DNA from: Candidatus Saccharimonadia bacterium
GTDB taxonomy: Bacteria > Patescibacteriota > Saccharimonadia > Saccharimonadales > UBA4665
Assembly: GCA_035479335.1 (NCBI GenBank)
Contig: DATIIU010000002.1
Location: 37,716 to 101,715 of the forward strand
Direction: 5' to 3'
DNA length: 64,000 nucleotides
Below, in pieces: positions 54,376-63,229 of the stretch (positions are counted from its first letter, which is position 1; every line of letters starts with the position of its first letter). The notes under the pieces were generated by a model that had not been told where the DNA came from, made no database searches, and was given only the letters and a program-made list of their open reading frames with translations. The position numbers were made by a program, and so were the translations under genes.

Positions 54376-55032
54376 GTGAAAAAGATACAAATAATAACAT
54401 TGTTCCCAGAAATGTTTACTGGCGTACTGGGCAATAGCATGCTTTGGAAGGCCAGTGACCGCGCAATAGTAGAATATTCTTGCATTAATTTGCGTGATTT
54501 TGGATTGGGTCCACGCAAACAGGTTGATGATACACCGTACGGTGGTGGCGATGGTATGCTGCTTAAACCCGAGCCGTTAATAGTGGCTATAGAATATGCA
54601 AAGCAACAGGATCCAACCGCACTAGTTTTACTGCCAACACCACGCGGTGCTGTTTATAAACAGTCAGATGCTAAGGAGCTGGCAGCAAGTGAACACGGGC
54701 TAATCATCGTTTGCCCCCGTTACGAGGGCTATGATGAGCGCATTGTTGCGTATGTTGACCGGCTATATTGCATAGGCAATTACATCCTAACCGGTGGTGA
54801 ACTGCCGGCTATGGTTCTAATTGACAGCGTTGTGCGCTTGTTGCCCGGAGTGCTTGGCGGTGAAACAAGTACCGAGATTGAATCGTTCCAGCAAGATGAC
54901 GAAAACATTGAATTTCCACAATATACTCGTCCCGAAGATTTTCGCGGCGTCAAAGTCCCTGGAGTACTGCTTAACGGTCATCATGCTGAGATAGCTCAGT
55001 GGCGCGCTCAAAATGCACAACGACCCAAATGA
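54376..55032 (+). CDS. trmD: tRNA (guanine37-N1)-methyltransferase
   Basis: MKKIQIITLFPEMF..., DDTPYGGGDGML, GRYEGYDER-type motifs. The GTG start lies 8 nt after a TATAAT box (54362-54367) and has no SD. Confidence 0.93.
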   Translation: MKKIQIITLFPEMFTGVLGNSMLWKASDRAIVEYSCINLRDFGLGPRKQVDDTPYGGGDGMLLKPEPLIVAIEYAKQQDPTALVLLPTPRGAVYKQSDAKELAASEHGLIIVCPRYEGYDERIVAYVDRLYCIGNYILTGGELPAMVLIDSVVRLLPGVLGGETSTEIESFQQDDENIEFPQYTRPEDFRGVKVPGVLLNGHHAEIAQWRAQNAQRPK

Positions 55033-55033
55033 T

Positions 55034-55855
55034 TTATGCTTTTGCAACTGTTAGGACTGTACGAAACTCGTCGAAACTATCCGCTATCAGGTCTGGGGCA
55101 ACCTCCGAGCTAGAAAAAGCTTCCCGCGAGAAGACATTAGTAATCGCACAGGCATAGAGTCCGGCAGCCTTGGCGGATGCGATCCCACGGGGATTATCTT
55201 CAAAAGCCAATACTTGTCCACGTGCATCATTGGGTAGGCCTAAGCTCTTGAAGGCCTTATAGAACGCCTCTGGATGAGGTTTGGTATGCGTTACAGCATC
55301 TTTAGCAATAATACGTTCGGTCGGAAAGTACTGTTTGAGATCTGTCATCTCCAAAAAGATGTTTATGTCTCTGCGAATGGCAGTGCTGGCTATGGCCATG
55401 TGGTGTGCCAAGCCCTGGTCACCTAACCACTGTACGAACTCAATTGCGCCGGGTAGGGCTTTACCTTCAGTACGCAGTAGTGTCTCATATAGTTCATCCT
55501 TACGGACTACAATTTCCTGAAGTAGCTGGTTGTCAGGGTCAATTATGTCGGTAGCGACTACCCCTACAGTAAATAAAAGATGCCAGACAGCACCTTCTAG
55601 CGAATGAACGGGAGCTTCTAGAAAACCTGCCAGATTTTGTTCGGGCGTGATCGCAAGCAGCTCAGGTAAGTTGTGTCGCGTACCTGCCTCATGGATTGCC
55701 TGCAAACGGGCACGCTCGTGGAGTGGCTGGTCAAGCTTACTAAAACGGCCGTTGCCATTATCTAGTAAGGTTTCATCAACATCAAAAATAACACCTTTGA
55801 CATTAGTAATTGAAAGCATGGAGCTCATTGTAACAGGGTGCTCTAGGATGTACAC
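55034..55855 (-). CDS. HAD-superfamily hydrolase (beta-phosphoglucomutase-like subfamily IA)
   Basis: Motif I VIFDVDETLLDN and motif IV FEDNPRGIASAKAAG. Confidence 0.85.
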   Translation of the reverse strand: MYILEHPVTMSSMLSITNVKGVIFDVDETLLDNGNGRFSKLDQPLHERARLQAIHEAGTRHNLPELLAITPEQNLAGFLEAPVHSLEGAVWHLLFTVGVVATDIIDPDNQLLQEIVVRKDELYETLLRTEGKALPGAIEFVQWLGDQGLAHHMAIASTAIRRDINIFLEMTDLKQYFPTERIIAKDAVTHTKPHPEAFYKAFKSLGLPNDARGQVLAFEDNPRGIASAKAAGLYACAITNVFSREAFSSSEVAPDLIADSFDEFRTVLTVAKA

Positions 55856-55882
55856 TGGATGCAGCTAAAGGAGGGAAATCTT

Positions 55883-56266
55883 ATGAAGGTACCATTTGTA
55901 AAGTCGGTGTATGCACACTGTGATCTGCCGTGTGGCGTGTATGATCCTGCTCAGGCACGTATTGAAGCGCAGAGTGTGAAAGCTATTATGGACAAAATGG
56001 CTAATTATGAAGGCGATGATCGCATGCGCGCATTGTTTATTAAAGAAGAACGAGCTGAACTAGTAAAGCATCACCTCTGGGTGCTGTGGACCGATTATTT
56101 CAAGCCAGAACACCTCGAGAAATACCCAGACTTGCATGACAAATTCTGGAAAGCAACCAAGCAGGCAGGCGAGTGTAAACATCACGGCGAACCGGCTGAA
56201 GGTCAAAAACTGCTGGACATGATTGATGAGATCGCGGAAATCTTCTGGGCTACGAAAAAGGCCTAG
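55883..56266 (+). CDS. sodN: nickel-containing superoxide dismutase precursor
   Basis: Ni-hook HCDLPCGVYDPAQARIEAQSV directly after an 11-aa propeptide MKVPFVKSVYA. The C-terminus ...IFWATKKA is as in Streptomyces NiSOD. AAGGAGGG lies upstream of ATG 55883. Confidence 0.9.
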   Translation: MKVPFVKSVYAHCDLPCGVYDPAQARIEAQSVKAIMDKMANYEGDDRMRALFIKEERAELVKHHLWVLWTDYFKPEHLEKYPDLHDKFWKATKQAGECKHHGEPAEGQKLLDMIDEIAEIFWATKKA

Positions 56267-56543
56267 CAAACAGTTTATTGTCCGGCAAGTTGAAGGCGAT
56301 AGCATGTCGCCTTCGCTTAAAGCCGGACAACTGGTAATTGGTCGGCAAACCCGAGAGCTAAAGCCCGGCGATGTAGTGATAGTAAGTCATGACGGGCTTG
56401 AAAAGATAAAGCGTATCGAAAGGCAGCAGGGCGACTTGATCTATCTACTGGGCGACAACGCTAGTGCCAGTACCGATAGCCGAAGCTTTGGCTGGGTACA
56501 GGCAAAAACGATTATTGCAAAAGTAGTCTGGCCGAAACTGTAG
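56223..56543 (+). CDS. sodX: S26-family signal-peptidase-like NiSOD maturation protease
   Basis: GDSMSPSL catalytic-Ser motif and GDNASASTDSRSFG box. The ORF overlaps the sodN 3' end by 44 nt, and no canonical start exists after the sodN stop. Confidence 0.78.
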   Translation: MMRSRKSSGLRKRPSKQFIVRQVEGDSMSPSLKAGQLVIGRQTRELKPGDVVIVSHDGLEKIKRIERQQGDLIYLLGDNASASTDSRSFGWVQAKTIIAKVVWPKL

Positions 56544-56588
56544 AAAGAGCGCGTCGATATGACGCTCTCTTTCTTTAAGGAAGCAACT

Positions 56589-57335
56589 TTATGCTTCAAT
56601 GTGGCGGAAGCGATAGGCGCCGAAGATTACTAAAACTACCACTGAAGTACACAGCACTAGCAAATCTTTGACAAGGCCAAAATGCGACTGATTAATTAAT
56701 ACGCTGCGCATAGCATCAACGGCGTAACTCATTGGGTTGCATTCCGAAACGATACGGAGCCATGTTGGCACATGCTGCAAGGGATACAAGGCACCACTCA
56801 AGAAATATAGCGGAAATACCAAGAATTGGTTGATGGCCTGAAAGCCTTGCATGTCTTGCACAAATGAACCAATACCGGAGCTAAAACTGGCGATTGCAAT
56901 GGCCAGCAGGCTCAGGATAAGTACTGCAACTGGCACTAGTGCCCAGTTGTGCGGTCGAAAGCCCAAGAACAATGAAATGAACAGTACGAGTAGACCTTGT
57001 AGTGTTGCAGTAGTGGCACCACCAAGTGCTCCACCAAACATGATTTTGAAACGTGACACTGGTGCTACTAAGGTTTCTTTTAAGAAACCGAATTGCTTAT
57101 CAAACATGATCATAGCGCCAAAAAACATAGCTGCAAACAAAACGGTTTGCGCCATAATGCCTGGTACTAGGAATTCGATATAGCTACCTTGGCCGGCTGT
57201 TGAATATACCGAGCCAATACCAAAACCAAGCGCTACTAAAAACAATAATGGCTGCCCTATAGCACCGAGGATGCGTGACTTAGCGCGGAAAAAACGCTTG
57301 GTTTGTCGCAGCCACAATATGTAGAGAACTCTCAT
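56589..57335 (-). CDS. ABC-2 type transporter permease
   Basis: 248 aa with 6 TM helices. The 4-nt overlap (ATGA) with the ATPase gene indicates coupling. Confidence 0.85.
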   Translation of the reverse strand: MRVLYILWLRQTKRFFRAKSRILGAIGQPLLFLVALGFGIGSVYSTAGQGSYIEFLVPGIMAQTVLFAAMFFGAMIMFDKQFGFLKETLVAPVSRFKIMFGGALGGATTATLQGLLVLFISLFLGFRPHNWALVPVAVLILSLLAIAIASFSSGIGSFVQDMQGFQAINQFLVFPLYFLSGALYPLQHVPTWLRIVSECNPMSYAVDAMRSVLINQSHFGLVKDLLVLCTSVVVLVIFGAYRFRHIEA

Positions 57336-58153
57336 CGCATGCTCCTTGCTCGGTGCATTGCGCGCCAGGTTTCGCGGGAGTCGGCTTTTTCGTCGCGTAC
57401 TGTTTTGCCGGTTAACTCCAGATAGGCTTGCTCCAGTGTTTTAGTGCCGGTTTGCTTAGTAAGCTCTGCGGTGGTGCCGAGCGCAATTAATTTACCATGG
57501 TCGATGATAGCAATGCGATTAGCTACTGCTTCAGCTTCTTCCAAATAATGCGTGGTAAAGAATACGGTCATGCCTTCATCATGATTGAGCTTACGAACGT
57601 AGTCCCAGAGTAAATTGCGGGTCTGAGTGTCGAGTCCAAGCGTAGGCTCGTCTAGAAACAAAATGTGGGGGTGATGTAGCAGGCCTCGAGCAATTTCTAA
57701 GCGGCGCTTCATGCCACCTGAAAAATTCTTAACTAGCGTATCTTTGCGGTCCCAAAGCTCTACAAGTGTCATAAGGTCTTGAATACGTGCTTTAGCATCG
57801 GTTGTTTTTATACCATACAGCGCAGCGTGTAGTTCCATATTTTCGTAAGCGCTCATTTCGGTGTCAAGGCTCGGGTCTTGGAACACAATACCAAAGCTTT
57901 TGCGCGCATCATCTTTTGCCTTTGTAACATCGTGACCAGCTAGCGTAAGTTCGCCACCGGTTGGCTTGAGCAGGGTAGTAAGCATTTTAATGGTAGTACT
58001 TTTGCCAGCGCCATTGGGGCCAAGCAGTGCAAAAAGCTCGCCTTGCCGTACACTAAAGCTTACGTCGTCGACAGCTGTGAAGTCGCCAAACTTTTTGGTG
58101 AGACTAGTGACGCTAATTGCAATCTTGGACGTAGTGTCTATTTTAGATGTCAT
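57332..58153 (-). CDS. ABC transporter ATP-binding protein (DrrA-like)
   Basis: Walker A GPNGAGKSTT, signature FSGGMKRRLE, Walker B LFLDEPTLGLD. ATG 58153 lies 1 nt after the MFS stop. The track start at 58174 overlaps that gene. Confidence 0.9.
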   Translation of the reverse strand: MTSKIDTTSKIAISVTSLTKKFGDFTAVDDVSFSVRQGELFALLGPNGAGKSTTIKMLTTLLKPTGGELTLAGHDVTKAKDDARKSFGIVFQDPSLDTEMSAYENMELHAALYGIKTTDAKARIQDLMTLVELWDRKDTLVKNFSGGMKRRLEIARGLLHHPHILFLDEPTLGLDTQTRNLLWDYVRKLNHDEGMTVFFTTHYLEEAEAVANRIAIIDHGKLIALGTTAELTKQTGTKTLEQAYLELTGKTVRDEKADSRETWRAMHRARSMR

Positions 58154-58154
58154 G

Positions 58155-59774
58155 TTAAACTTCCAATCCTTCACCTTCAGCCTCAGCTTTGGCAGAAGAC
58201 CGTAGTGGTGATTCTTTTAAGAAAAGGGCAACTAGGAATGCTAGCGCTGCGAACGGTATGCCTACTAGGAATACGTCATGGAATGAATGGGCAAAAGCGG
58301 TTAGGACTTTCTCAACGACGCTTGGTGATAGTTTGTGCAATGCGCTGGCACTACTGCTCAGTCCTTTGGCGGCGCTTGCAGCCGCAGCGTGTGGCAAGGT
58401 CTGGCTTAGATGGAAAGTGAGACGGTTTACGATGATAGCACCAAAGATCGCAGCACCAAGCGAGCTGCCAATACTGCGGAAAAAGGTGACCGACGATGTA
58501 GCTGTGCCTAAGTTCTTACGGTCTACGGCGTTTTGTACGGCCAGGGTTAGCACCGGCATGACCATGCCAATACCCATGCCGAGTACCACCATCCACACGC
58601 CAAGTATAGCCCGGTTGGTATGCACGGCAATATGGCTAAAAAGCCAGAAGGCAAAGGTGATCATAGCGGTACCGATAATTGGGAAACGGCGGTAGTGTCC
58701 TAGCTTGGAAATAAGGCGTCCAGAAGTTACCGAGGCAGTCATAAGGCCGGCTATCATTGGCAGGAGCATCAAGCCTGACTTAGTAGCCGAATCACCGCGT
58801 ACGATCTGTTGATATTCAGGTAAGAATATCAGGGCGCCAAACATTACAATGCCAATAATGAAGCTGAGTAGACTAGCGACGCTAAAAACCTCATTGCGGA
58901 ACAGGCTTAGTGGAATGATCGGCTCCTTGGCTAGCTTCTCGCGCCAAATAAACAGCAGAGAGCCAACAATGGTTGTAGCGAACAGGCTGATAATTTGGAT
59001 TGAGGTCCATGCATAGTCAACGCCACCCCACACGGTGGCAAGGAGTAAGCTCACGACACTAATAGCTAGAAGCAGCGCACCCGGAAAGTCAATCTTATGG
59101 GGTGATTTTCGTACAGGCAAATGTAATCGAGCACCAATTGCAGAAAGCGCTAGCAGGCCGATAGGTAGGTTAATATAGAATACCCAGCGCCAGCTTAGGT
59201 GGTCCGTAAACAGGCCACCAAGTAGTGGTCCAATAACGCTTGAAATAGCAAATACAGCACCAAAATATCCTTGGTAGCGGCCGCGCTGACGCGGTGATAC
59301 GATGTCGCCAATGATGGCAAAAACAAGCGTCATGAGTCCACCGGCACCAATACCTTGCAGGCCGCGGAAGAGGATTAGCTGGTTCATACTTTGAGCAGCA
59401 CCACAAAGTGCCGAGCCAACTAAGAAGATGATAATAGCTGTTTGGAAGATCTTTTTTCGGCCAAACATGTCGCTGATCTTGCCGTATAGTGGCGTCGCAA
59501 CAGCACTAGTTAGTAGGTATGCCGTAGCCACCCAAGAGTATTTGCTGAGTCCGTGTAAATCGCTAGCAATTTTAGGTAAGGCGGTTGAGACAATGGTTTG
59601 ATCTAGAGCTGCTAACAGCATGGCTAGCATTAATGCACTTACTACCACCATGATTTCGCCGTGACTGCGTTCTTCGAAATGGTCTGGCGCCGGCTCGCTA
59701 ATAGCTGCATCTGGTGCGACATCGGCAGACATGCTGCGGGCTGTTTTTAGGCGTTGCTGTTTTCTAAATATCAT
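58155..59774 (-). CDS. MFS transporter, 14-TM drug:H+ antiporter (DHA2/EmrB-QacA-like)
   Basis: 539 aa with about 14 TM helices. Motif A-like GKISDMFGRKK. Confidence 0.88.
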   Translation of the reverse strand: MIFRKQQRLKTARSMSADVAPDAAISEPAPDHFEERSHGEIMVVVSALMLAMLLAALDQTIVSTALPKIASDLHGLSKYSWVATAYLLTSAVATPLYGKISDMFGRKKIFQTAIIIFLVGSALCGAAQSMNQLILFRGLQGIGAGGLMTLVFAIIGDIVSPRQRGRYQGYFGAVFAISSVIGPLLGGLFTDHLSWRWVFYINLPIGLLALSAIGARLHLPVRKSPHKIDFPGALLLAISVVSLLLATVWGGVDYAWTSIQIISLFATTIVGSLLFIWREKLAKEPIIPLSLFRNEVFSVASLLSFIIGIVMFGALIFLPEYQQIVRGDSATKSGLMLLPMIAGLMTASVTSGRLISKLGHYRRFPIIGTAMITFAFWLFSHIAVHTNRAILGVWMVVLGMGIGMVMPVLTLAVQNAVDRKNLGTATSSVTFFRSIGSSLGAAIFGAIIVNRLTFHLSQTLPHAAAASAAKGLSSSASALHKLSPSVVEKVLTAFAHSFHDVFLVGIPFAALAFLVALFLKESPLRSSAKAEAEGEGLEV

Positions 59775-60247
59775 AGGGTCTCCTTTTTGTGCTGGTCTGT
59801 CTGGCGCTTCTCAAACTGCTCTAAGAATTTCTTGTGTATTCGTAGCCAGAGCTCAAGCTCTTCATCAGTAAGGCTGGTCATGACATCTTCCATGATGCTT
59901 CGTCGGTAGTTTTCAATTTGCTTGATGAGCTTTATGCCTTCAGCTGAAACCTCAAGACACTGAATACGTCGGTCTTTTGGGTCGGCTTGTCTGGTTATGA
60001 GCTTGTGCTGCTCAAGTCCCTCAACAAGCTGCGAAACAGCGCCTGGTGTGAGATATAGCTGACGAGCAAGTTGTTTAAAATTTACCGGCTGTCCGTGGTA
60101 GATAGTGAAAAGCAGCTCAAGTTGGCCATGTGAAACAGGGCAGTCTTTGTTGCTGGGCTGCCAGCGTCCAGCAATACCACGTTTCATGGTACTCATACTT
60201 TCAAAGATGCTTTGGATTAATTGGGCTCGGTGATCACTGTTTTTCAT
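59771..60247 (-). CDS. MarR-family transcriptional regulator
   Basis: 158 aa. wHTH LARQLYLTPGAVSQLVEGLEQHKLITR...DRR. The ATGA overlap links it to the MFS gene. Confidence 0.88.
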   Translation of the reverse strand: MKNSDHRAQLIQSIFESMSTMKRGIAGRWQPSNKDCPVSHGQLELLFTIYHGQPVNFKQLARQLYLTPGAVSQLVEGLEQHKLITRQADPKDRRIQCLEVSAEGIKLIKQIENYRRSIMEDVMTSLTDEELELWLRIHKKFLEQFEKRQTDQHKKETL

Positions 60248-60251
60248 AATA

Positions 60252-60266
60252 GTTTAGTTACTAAAC
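60252..60266. promoter_or_regulatory. palindrome, candidate MarR operator
   Basis: GTTTAGT-t-ACTAAAC lies 5-19 nt upstream of the marR ATG. Confidence 0.35.
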
Positions 60267-60383
60267 AGTATAGGAATTGACTCGGGCTATGTCAAGTGTC
60301 GTCCCTGGGCATACAGTGAGATATCTCATAGATGCTTCGCTTCGACGAGCATACACTAAAAACATATAAGGAGGGCGCGCGAC

Positions 60384-60620
60384 ATGGCAGAGGCGAACGG
60401 TAAGGGTTGGCACGGAGATCCAGAAGGGCATGCCCGTGCAGGCCGCAAGGGCGGTATGATAAGCTCCGGTAATTTCAAACATGACCCCGCGCGTGCAGCT
60501 GCAGCCGGCAAACAGGGTGGCAGTGTTAGCCCTGGAAACTTCAAATATAATTTGGAACGCGCTAAAGCAGCCGGTCGCAAGGGCGGTAGCAAAAAGCCGC
60601 CCGAAACTGAGGGCGGATAG
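60384..60620 (+). CDS. KGG-repeat general stress protein (YciG/GsiB-like)
   Basis: Three repeats of the ...A(G)RKGG...SPGNFK... type. AAGGAGGG lies upstream. Confidence 0.8.
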   Translation: MAEANGKGWHGDPEGHARAGRKGGMISSGNFKHDPARAAAAGKQGGSVSPGNFKYNLERAKAAGRKGGSKKPPETEGG

Positions 60621-60681
60621 GCACGTTAGCCACAACAGTTAGTGGTTTGCAGCAGTAACATATAAGCAGGAGCTCAACACT

Positions 60682-60891
60682 ATGCCACCAAGCGATCAGC
60701 ATTACACCTACAACACGCTCAGCAACGAAGATAAAGAGCTACTAATGCGCTACGGCTATCGACCTGGTGAGCTGCAACCTGAAGAAGAGCGCGATTTGCT
60801 TGGTGATTTGCGGGCTCAGATTGCTAACGATGAAGACGGTGATCGTTTGAGCGGCGATATTCCGGCGGATGAACGCGACGGCACCGAGTAA
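60682..60891 (+). CDS. small acidic hypothetical protein
   Basis: 69 aa. AGGAG lies 9 nt upstream. The bidirectional terminator follows it. Confidence 0.5.
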   Translation: MPPSDQHYTYNTLSNEDKELLMRYGYRPGELQPEEERDLLGDLRAQIANDEDGDRLSGDIPADERDGTE

Positions 60892-60903
60892 GTAGTTGTT
60901 TTT

Positions 60904-60933
60904 AAAAAGAGCCCAGTACTCTGGGCTCTTTTT
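60904..60933. terminator. bidirectional intrinsic terminator
   Basis: AAAAAGAGCCCAG-tact-CTGGGCTCTTTTT. Confidence 0.8.
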
Positions 60934-61087
60934 ATATCATTCCTTGTTCTTTATTCTCTTTGTGCTGCTTTTCGGCCTTAGTGGCAGCTTGCTGCATTTC
61001 TTTTGCTTTGTCCTCAATTACAGCCTTTTGCTGGCGCTTATCTTCCGCTTTTTTGCCTAGTTCGTCCATGTAGTTATAAAGTCCCAT
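60932..61087 (-). CDS. small Lys/Glu-rich helical protein (51 aa), below the ORF-track cutoff
   Basis: GAAGGAG lies 8 nt upstream of the ATG (61087). Translation is MGLYNYMDELGKKAEDKRQQKAVIEDKAKEMQQAATKAEKQHKENKEQGMI. Confidence 0.5.
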   Translation of the reverse strand: MGLYNYMDELGKKAEDKRQQKAVIEDKAKEMQQAATKAEKQHKENKEQGMI

Positions 61088-61126
61088 GTATAAATCTCCT
61101 TCAATATATTCCTTGCGTTGCTAGTG

Positions 61127-61633
61127 CTAAGCAGGTACTCCTTGATGATTATCGGCTCCGAGGCGCTCCAACATGGTGGCCAGTTCACGAGTTTCTAGTT
61201 TACTGCAATCAATCTGCCGTTGCAGTGCAATCACGTAGCCTTGCAGAACGCGCTTAAGCCGCTTGGCTTCGGCTCGCCAAAACCGTCCAATAGTGTATGA
61301 TTGGTCATCGTTGAGCACGCGGCTTACGATGGTTACGGTCCCAAAGATAGGTCCAACCGTGCATGTGGCATTAAGTATGTCCTCAATCTGCATACTCATT
61401 ACCTCAGCCATACGGTAGAAGCTACGTTTGGTAATAGTAACCTTGGCCCGATCTATTGTCATAGTATCGGGGAAGAGCGCTAATAACGTTGTTCCCTGGG
61501 CTAGAATCTCATTTGATCCTTGAATGGCTTGCTGCAATTCCTTACGTGTTTCGGTAGCGGTTACCTGCCTTTTGGGTGTTCGCTCAGTTGGCGGTGAGAT
61601 TTGTGTTTGGCTCGCTGACGTTTGATTAGCCAT
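61127..61633 (-). CDS. hypothetical protein
   Basis: 168-aa ORF. AGGAG lies upstream. No secure motif. Confidence 0.6.
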   Translation of the reverse strand: MANQTSASQTQISPPTERTPKRQVTATETRKELQQAIQGSNEILAQGTTLLALFPDTMTIDRAKVTITKRSFYRMAEVMSMQIEDILNATCTVGPIFGTVTIVSRVLNDDQSYTIGRFWRAEAKRLKRVLQGYVIALQRQIDCSKLETRELATMLERLGADNHQGVPA

Positions 61634-61735
61634 AGCAATACTCCTCGACTATCCATAGTTACAAGTATAAAGAAAGAGGTAAATGAGTGATGTAAAAGAA
61701 TTTACAGGCTGTAGAATTTAGTAGTCTTAAGGGTG

Positions 61736-62239
61736 TTAATGTATAAGGCTCTCGGCAGTAATAATATGACGAACCCCAATGGCATGTGATAAAGATCGTA
61801 TGGCGGCCTGGTGTACATTTTCGCCGTGTAGAGTGGCAACGCAGTCTCCTATTACGCTGACTGGTATGCCTAGGTCAAAGATTTCCATGGCGGTTACTGC
61901 AACACTGATGTCAGTAAAAACACCCGCAATATAAATATGATCATGTTTTTTGATAAGTGGCAGTATCTCGGGCGTTAGGCAAGAGTACGTTTCACGCCAA
62001 TATATAGGAAGATTGAGCTTAGCAATCTCTGGTATCTGATCAACATCAGGCGATTTCATAAAACCATCCCAACGAAGCTGTTTGTAAAATAGGCTGGCAG
62101 CGTTATTGCGAAAGCAACAGTGGATCACGTCACCCTTAAATTGTTTGCACAATGTAACCGTATCAAGCATAACTTGCTCGGTGGCTGTTTTGTGTCGCCA
62201 CCCCTTTTGCAGGTCGATAACTAGTAGTAATGCAGACAT
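61736..62239 (-). CDS. isochorismatase-family (cysteine-hydrolase fold) protein
   Basis: LLVIDLQKGW (catalytic Asp region) and IYIAGVFTDISVAVTA. The position normally held by the nucleophilic Cys is Ser. Confidence 0.78.
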   Translation of the reverse strand: MSALLLVIDLQKGWRHKTATEQVMLDTVTLCKQFKGDVIHCCFRNNAASLFYKQLRWDGFMKSPDVDQIPEIAKLNLPIYWRETYSCLTPEILPLIKKHDHIYIAGVFTDISVAVTAMEIFDLGIPVSVIGDCVATLHGENVHQAAIRSLSHAIGVRHIITAESLIH

Positions 62240-62465
62240 ACCTTTTTAGTGTAGCGCATATGTACCATGAATTGGGCGGTTATAGTTTGTAAGGATCAAA
62301 TACAGCGGGCTCTCCGCGTAAATATAACAACTGAGTTTACCTAGTAAAATTACATTTGAGAGGTCTGTCCTCCCAACTGTAATTAAGCAATGTCTAAAGA
62401 GGATAGGGCATTGGTAATTGGTGGCGGCACAGCGTACACTGAAGCTATTAAACGAGGATAGCTTC

Positions 62466-63038
62466 ATGGGTAGGTTAGTTGTTTCTGAGTTTATAACACT
62501 TGACGGAGTATTCGAGGACCCGGGTGGTACTGAGGGGAAGGCGTATGGTGGCTGGCAGACTTCGCTGACTGGCGAGGAAGAGATTGCTTTTAAACTGGAT
62601 GAGCTTAAGCAAGCGGATGCGCTACTTGTAGGCCGTGTCACTTATGAAGGGTTTGCATCGGCTCGTTTAGGGGCGGGGGACAAAGACAAAATTGGTATAC
62701 TTATGGATACAATGCCAAAGTACGTTGCTACGCTCACCGTTTCTGAATTTAACTGGCAGAATTCGCAGGCGCTGGCACCGAACGTGTATGCTGCAGTAAG
62801 TCAGTTAAAACAGCAATATGCGCGTGATATTTTAGTGGTTGGCAGTGGCCAATTAGTGGCCTCGCTGCTCGAAAACGATTTAGTTGATGAGCTACGTCTA
62901 ATGACGTATCCGATTTTACTTGGTCAGGGGCGTCGTCTATTTGATGGGGCGCCGCATAAAAAACTGCAGTATGTGTCCACTCAGGCGTTTGGTGGAGGCG
63001 CAGTGCTTTTGACATATAGCCAACGAGCAAATCACTAG
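62466..63038 (+). CDS. dihydrofolate-reductase-like (RibD C-terminal domain) family protein
   Basis: MGRLVVSEFITLDGVFEDPGG..., VGRVTYEGF, VVGSGQLV and DELRLMTYPILLGQGRRLF motifs. ATG 62466 follows GAGGA. Confidence 0.8.
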   Translation: MGRLVVSEFITLDGVFEDPGGTEGKAYGGWQTSLTGEEEIAFKLDELKQADALLVGRVTYEGFASARLGAGDKDKIGILMDTMPKYVATLTVSEFNWQNSQALAPNVYAAVSQLKQQYARDILVVGSGQLVASLLENDLVDELRLMTYPILLGQGRRLFDGAPHKKLQYVSTQAFGGGAVLLTYSQRANH

Positions 63039-63051
63039 CCTAATTCAAAAC

Positions 63052-63156
63052 ATGAAAAAAGCCGCGTCGAGTTTCTAAGATAATGTTGTGTATGGGGTAA
63101 AGCATTCTTTGTGCTTTATAACAAACAACTCTACTCAAGTAACTTTCGTGCGGCTT
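63052..63156 (-). repeat. family-2 terminator module, copy A (105 nt)
   Basis: The minus strand reads AAGCCGC-N-AATGCTTTACC-N-ACGCGGCTTTTTTCATG, a 7-bp outer stem plus T6. It abuts the GC-rich hairpin of cassette H. Confidence 0.7.
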
Positions 63157-63216
63157 AAGCCCAACTGCTCTGCGTACGCGCGTGTTCGCGTGCAGCTCCT
63201 TTGTGGAGTTGGGCTT
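63157..63216 (-). terminator. GC-rich nested inverted repeat 3' of the cassette H ORF
   Basis: Perfect 10-bp stem AAGCCCAACT / AGTTGGGCTT with a GC-rich structured 40-nt loop. Confidence 0.45.
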
Positions 63217-63229
63217 GTTCGTCGGCGGA

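Noticed and set aside
60251-60275. ACTAAACAGTA upstream of marR resembles the family-1 hairpin arm (CAACTAAACAGTACAA at 34563).
   Set aside because: The match is only 10-11 nt, and here it is part of a short palindrome that is better explained as a MarR operator. No GC-rich cargo is nearby.
63157-63216. Integron attC site: the arms contain GCCCAAC and GTTGGGC, which fit the RYYYAAC / GTTRRRY core consensus.
   Set aside because: Only one of the seven nested 3' inverted repeats (or eight 3' hairpins counting island B) fits. The consensus is degenerate. No intI or attI is present, and the cassettes are scattered rather than arrayed. I kept it only as an analogy in a finding.
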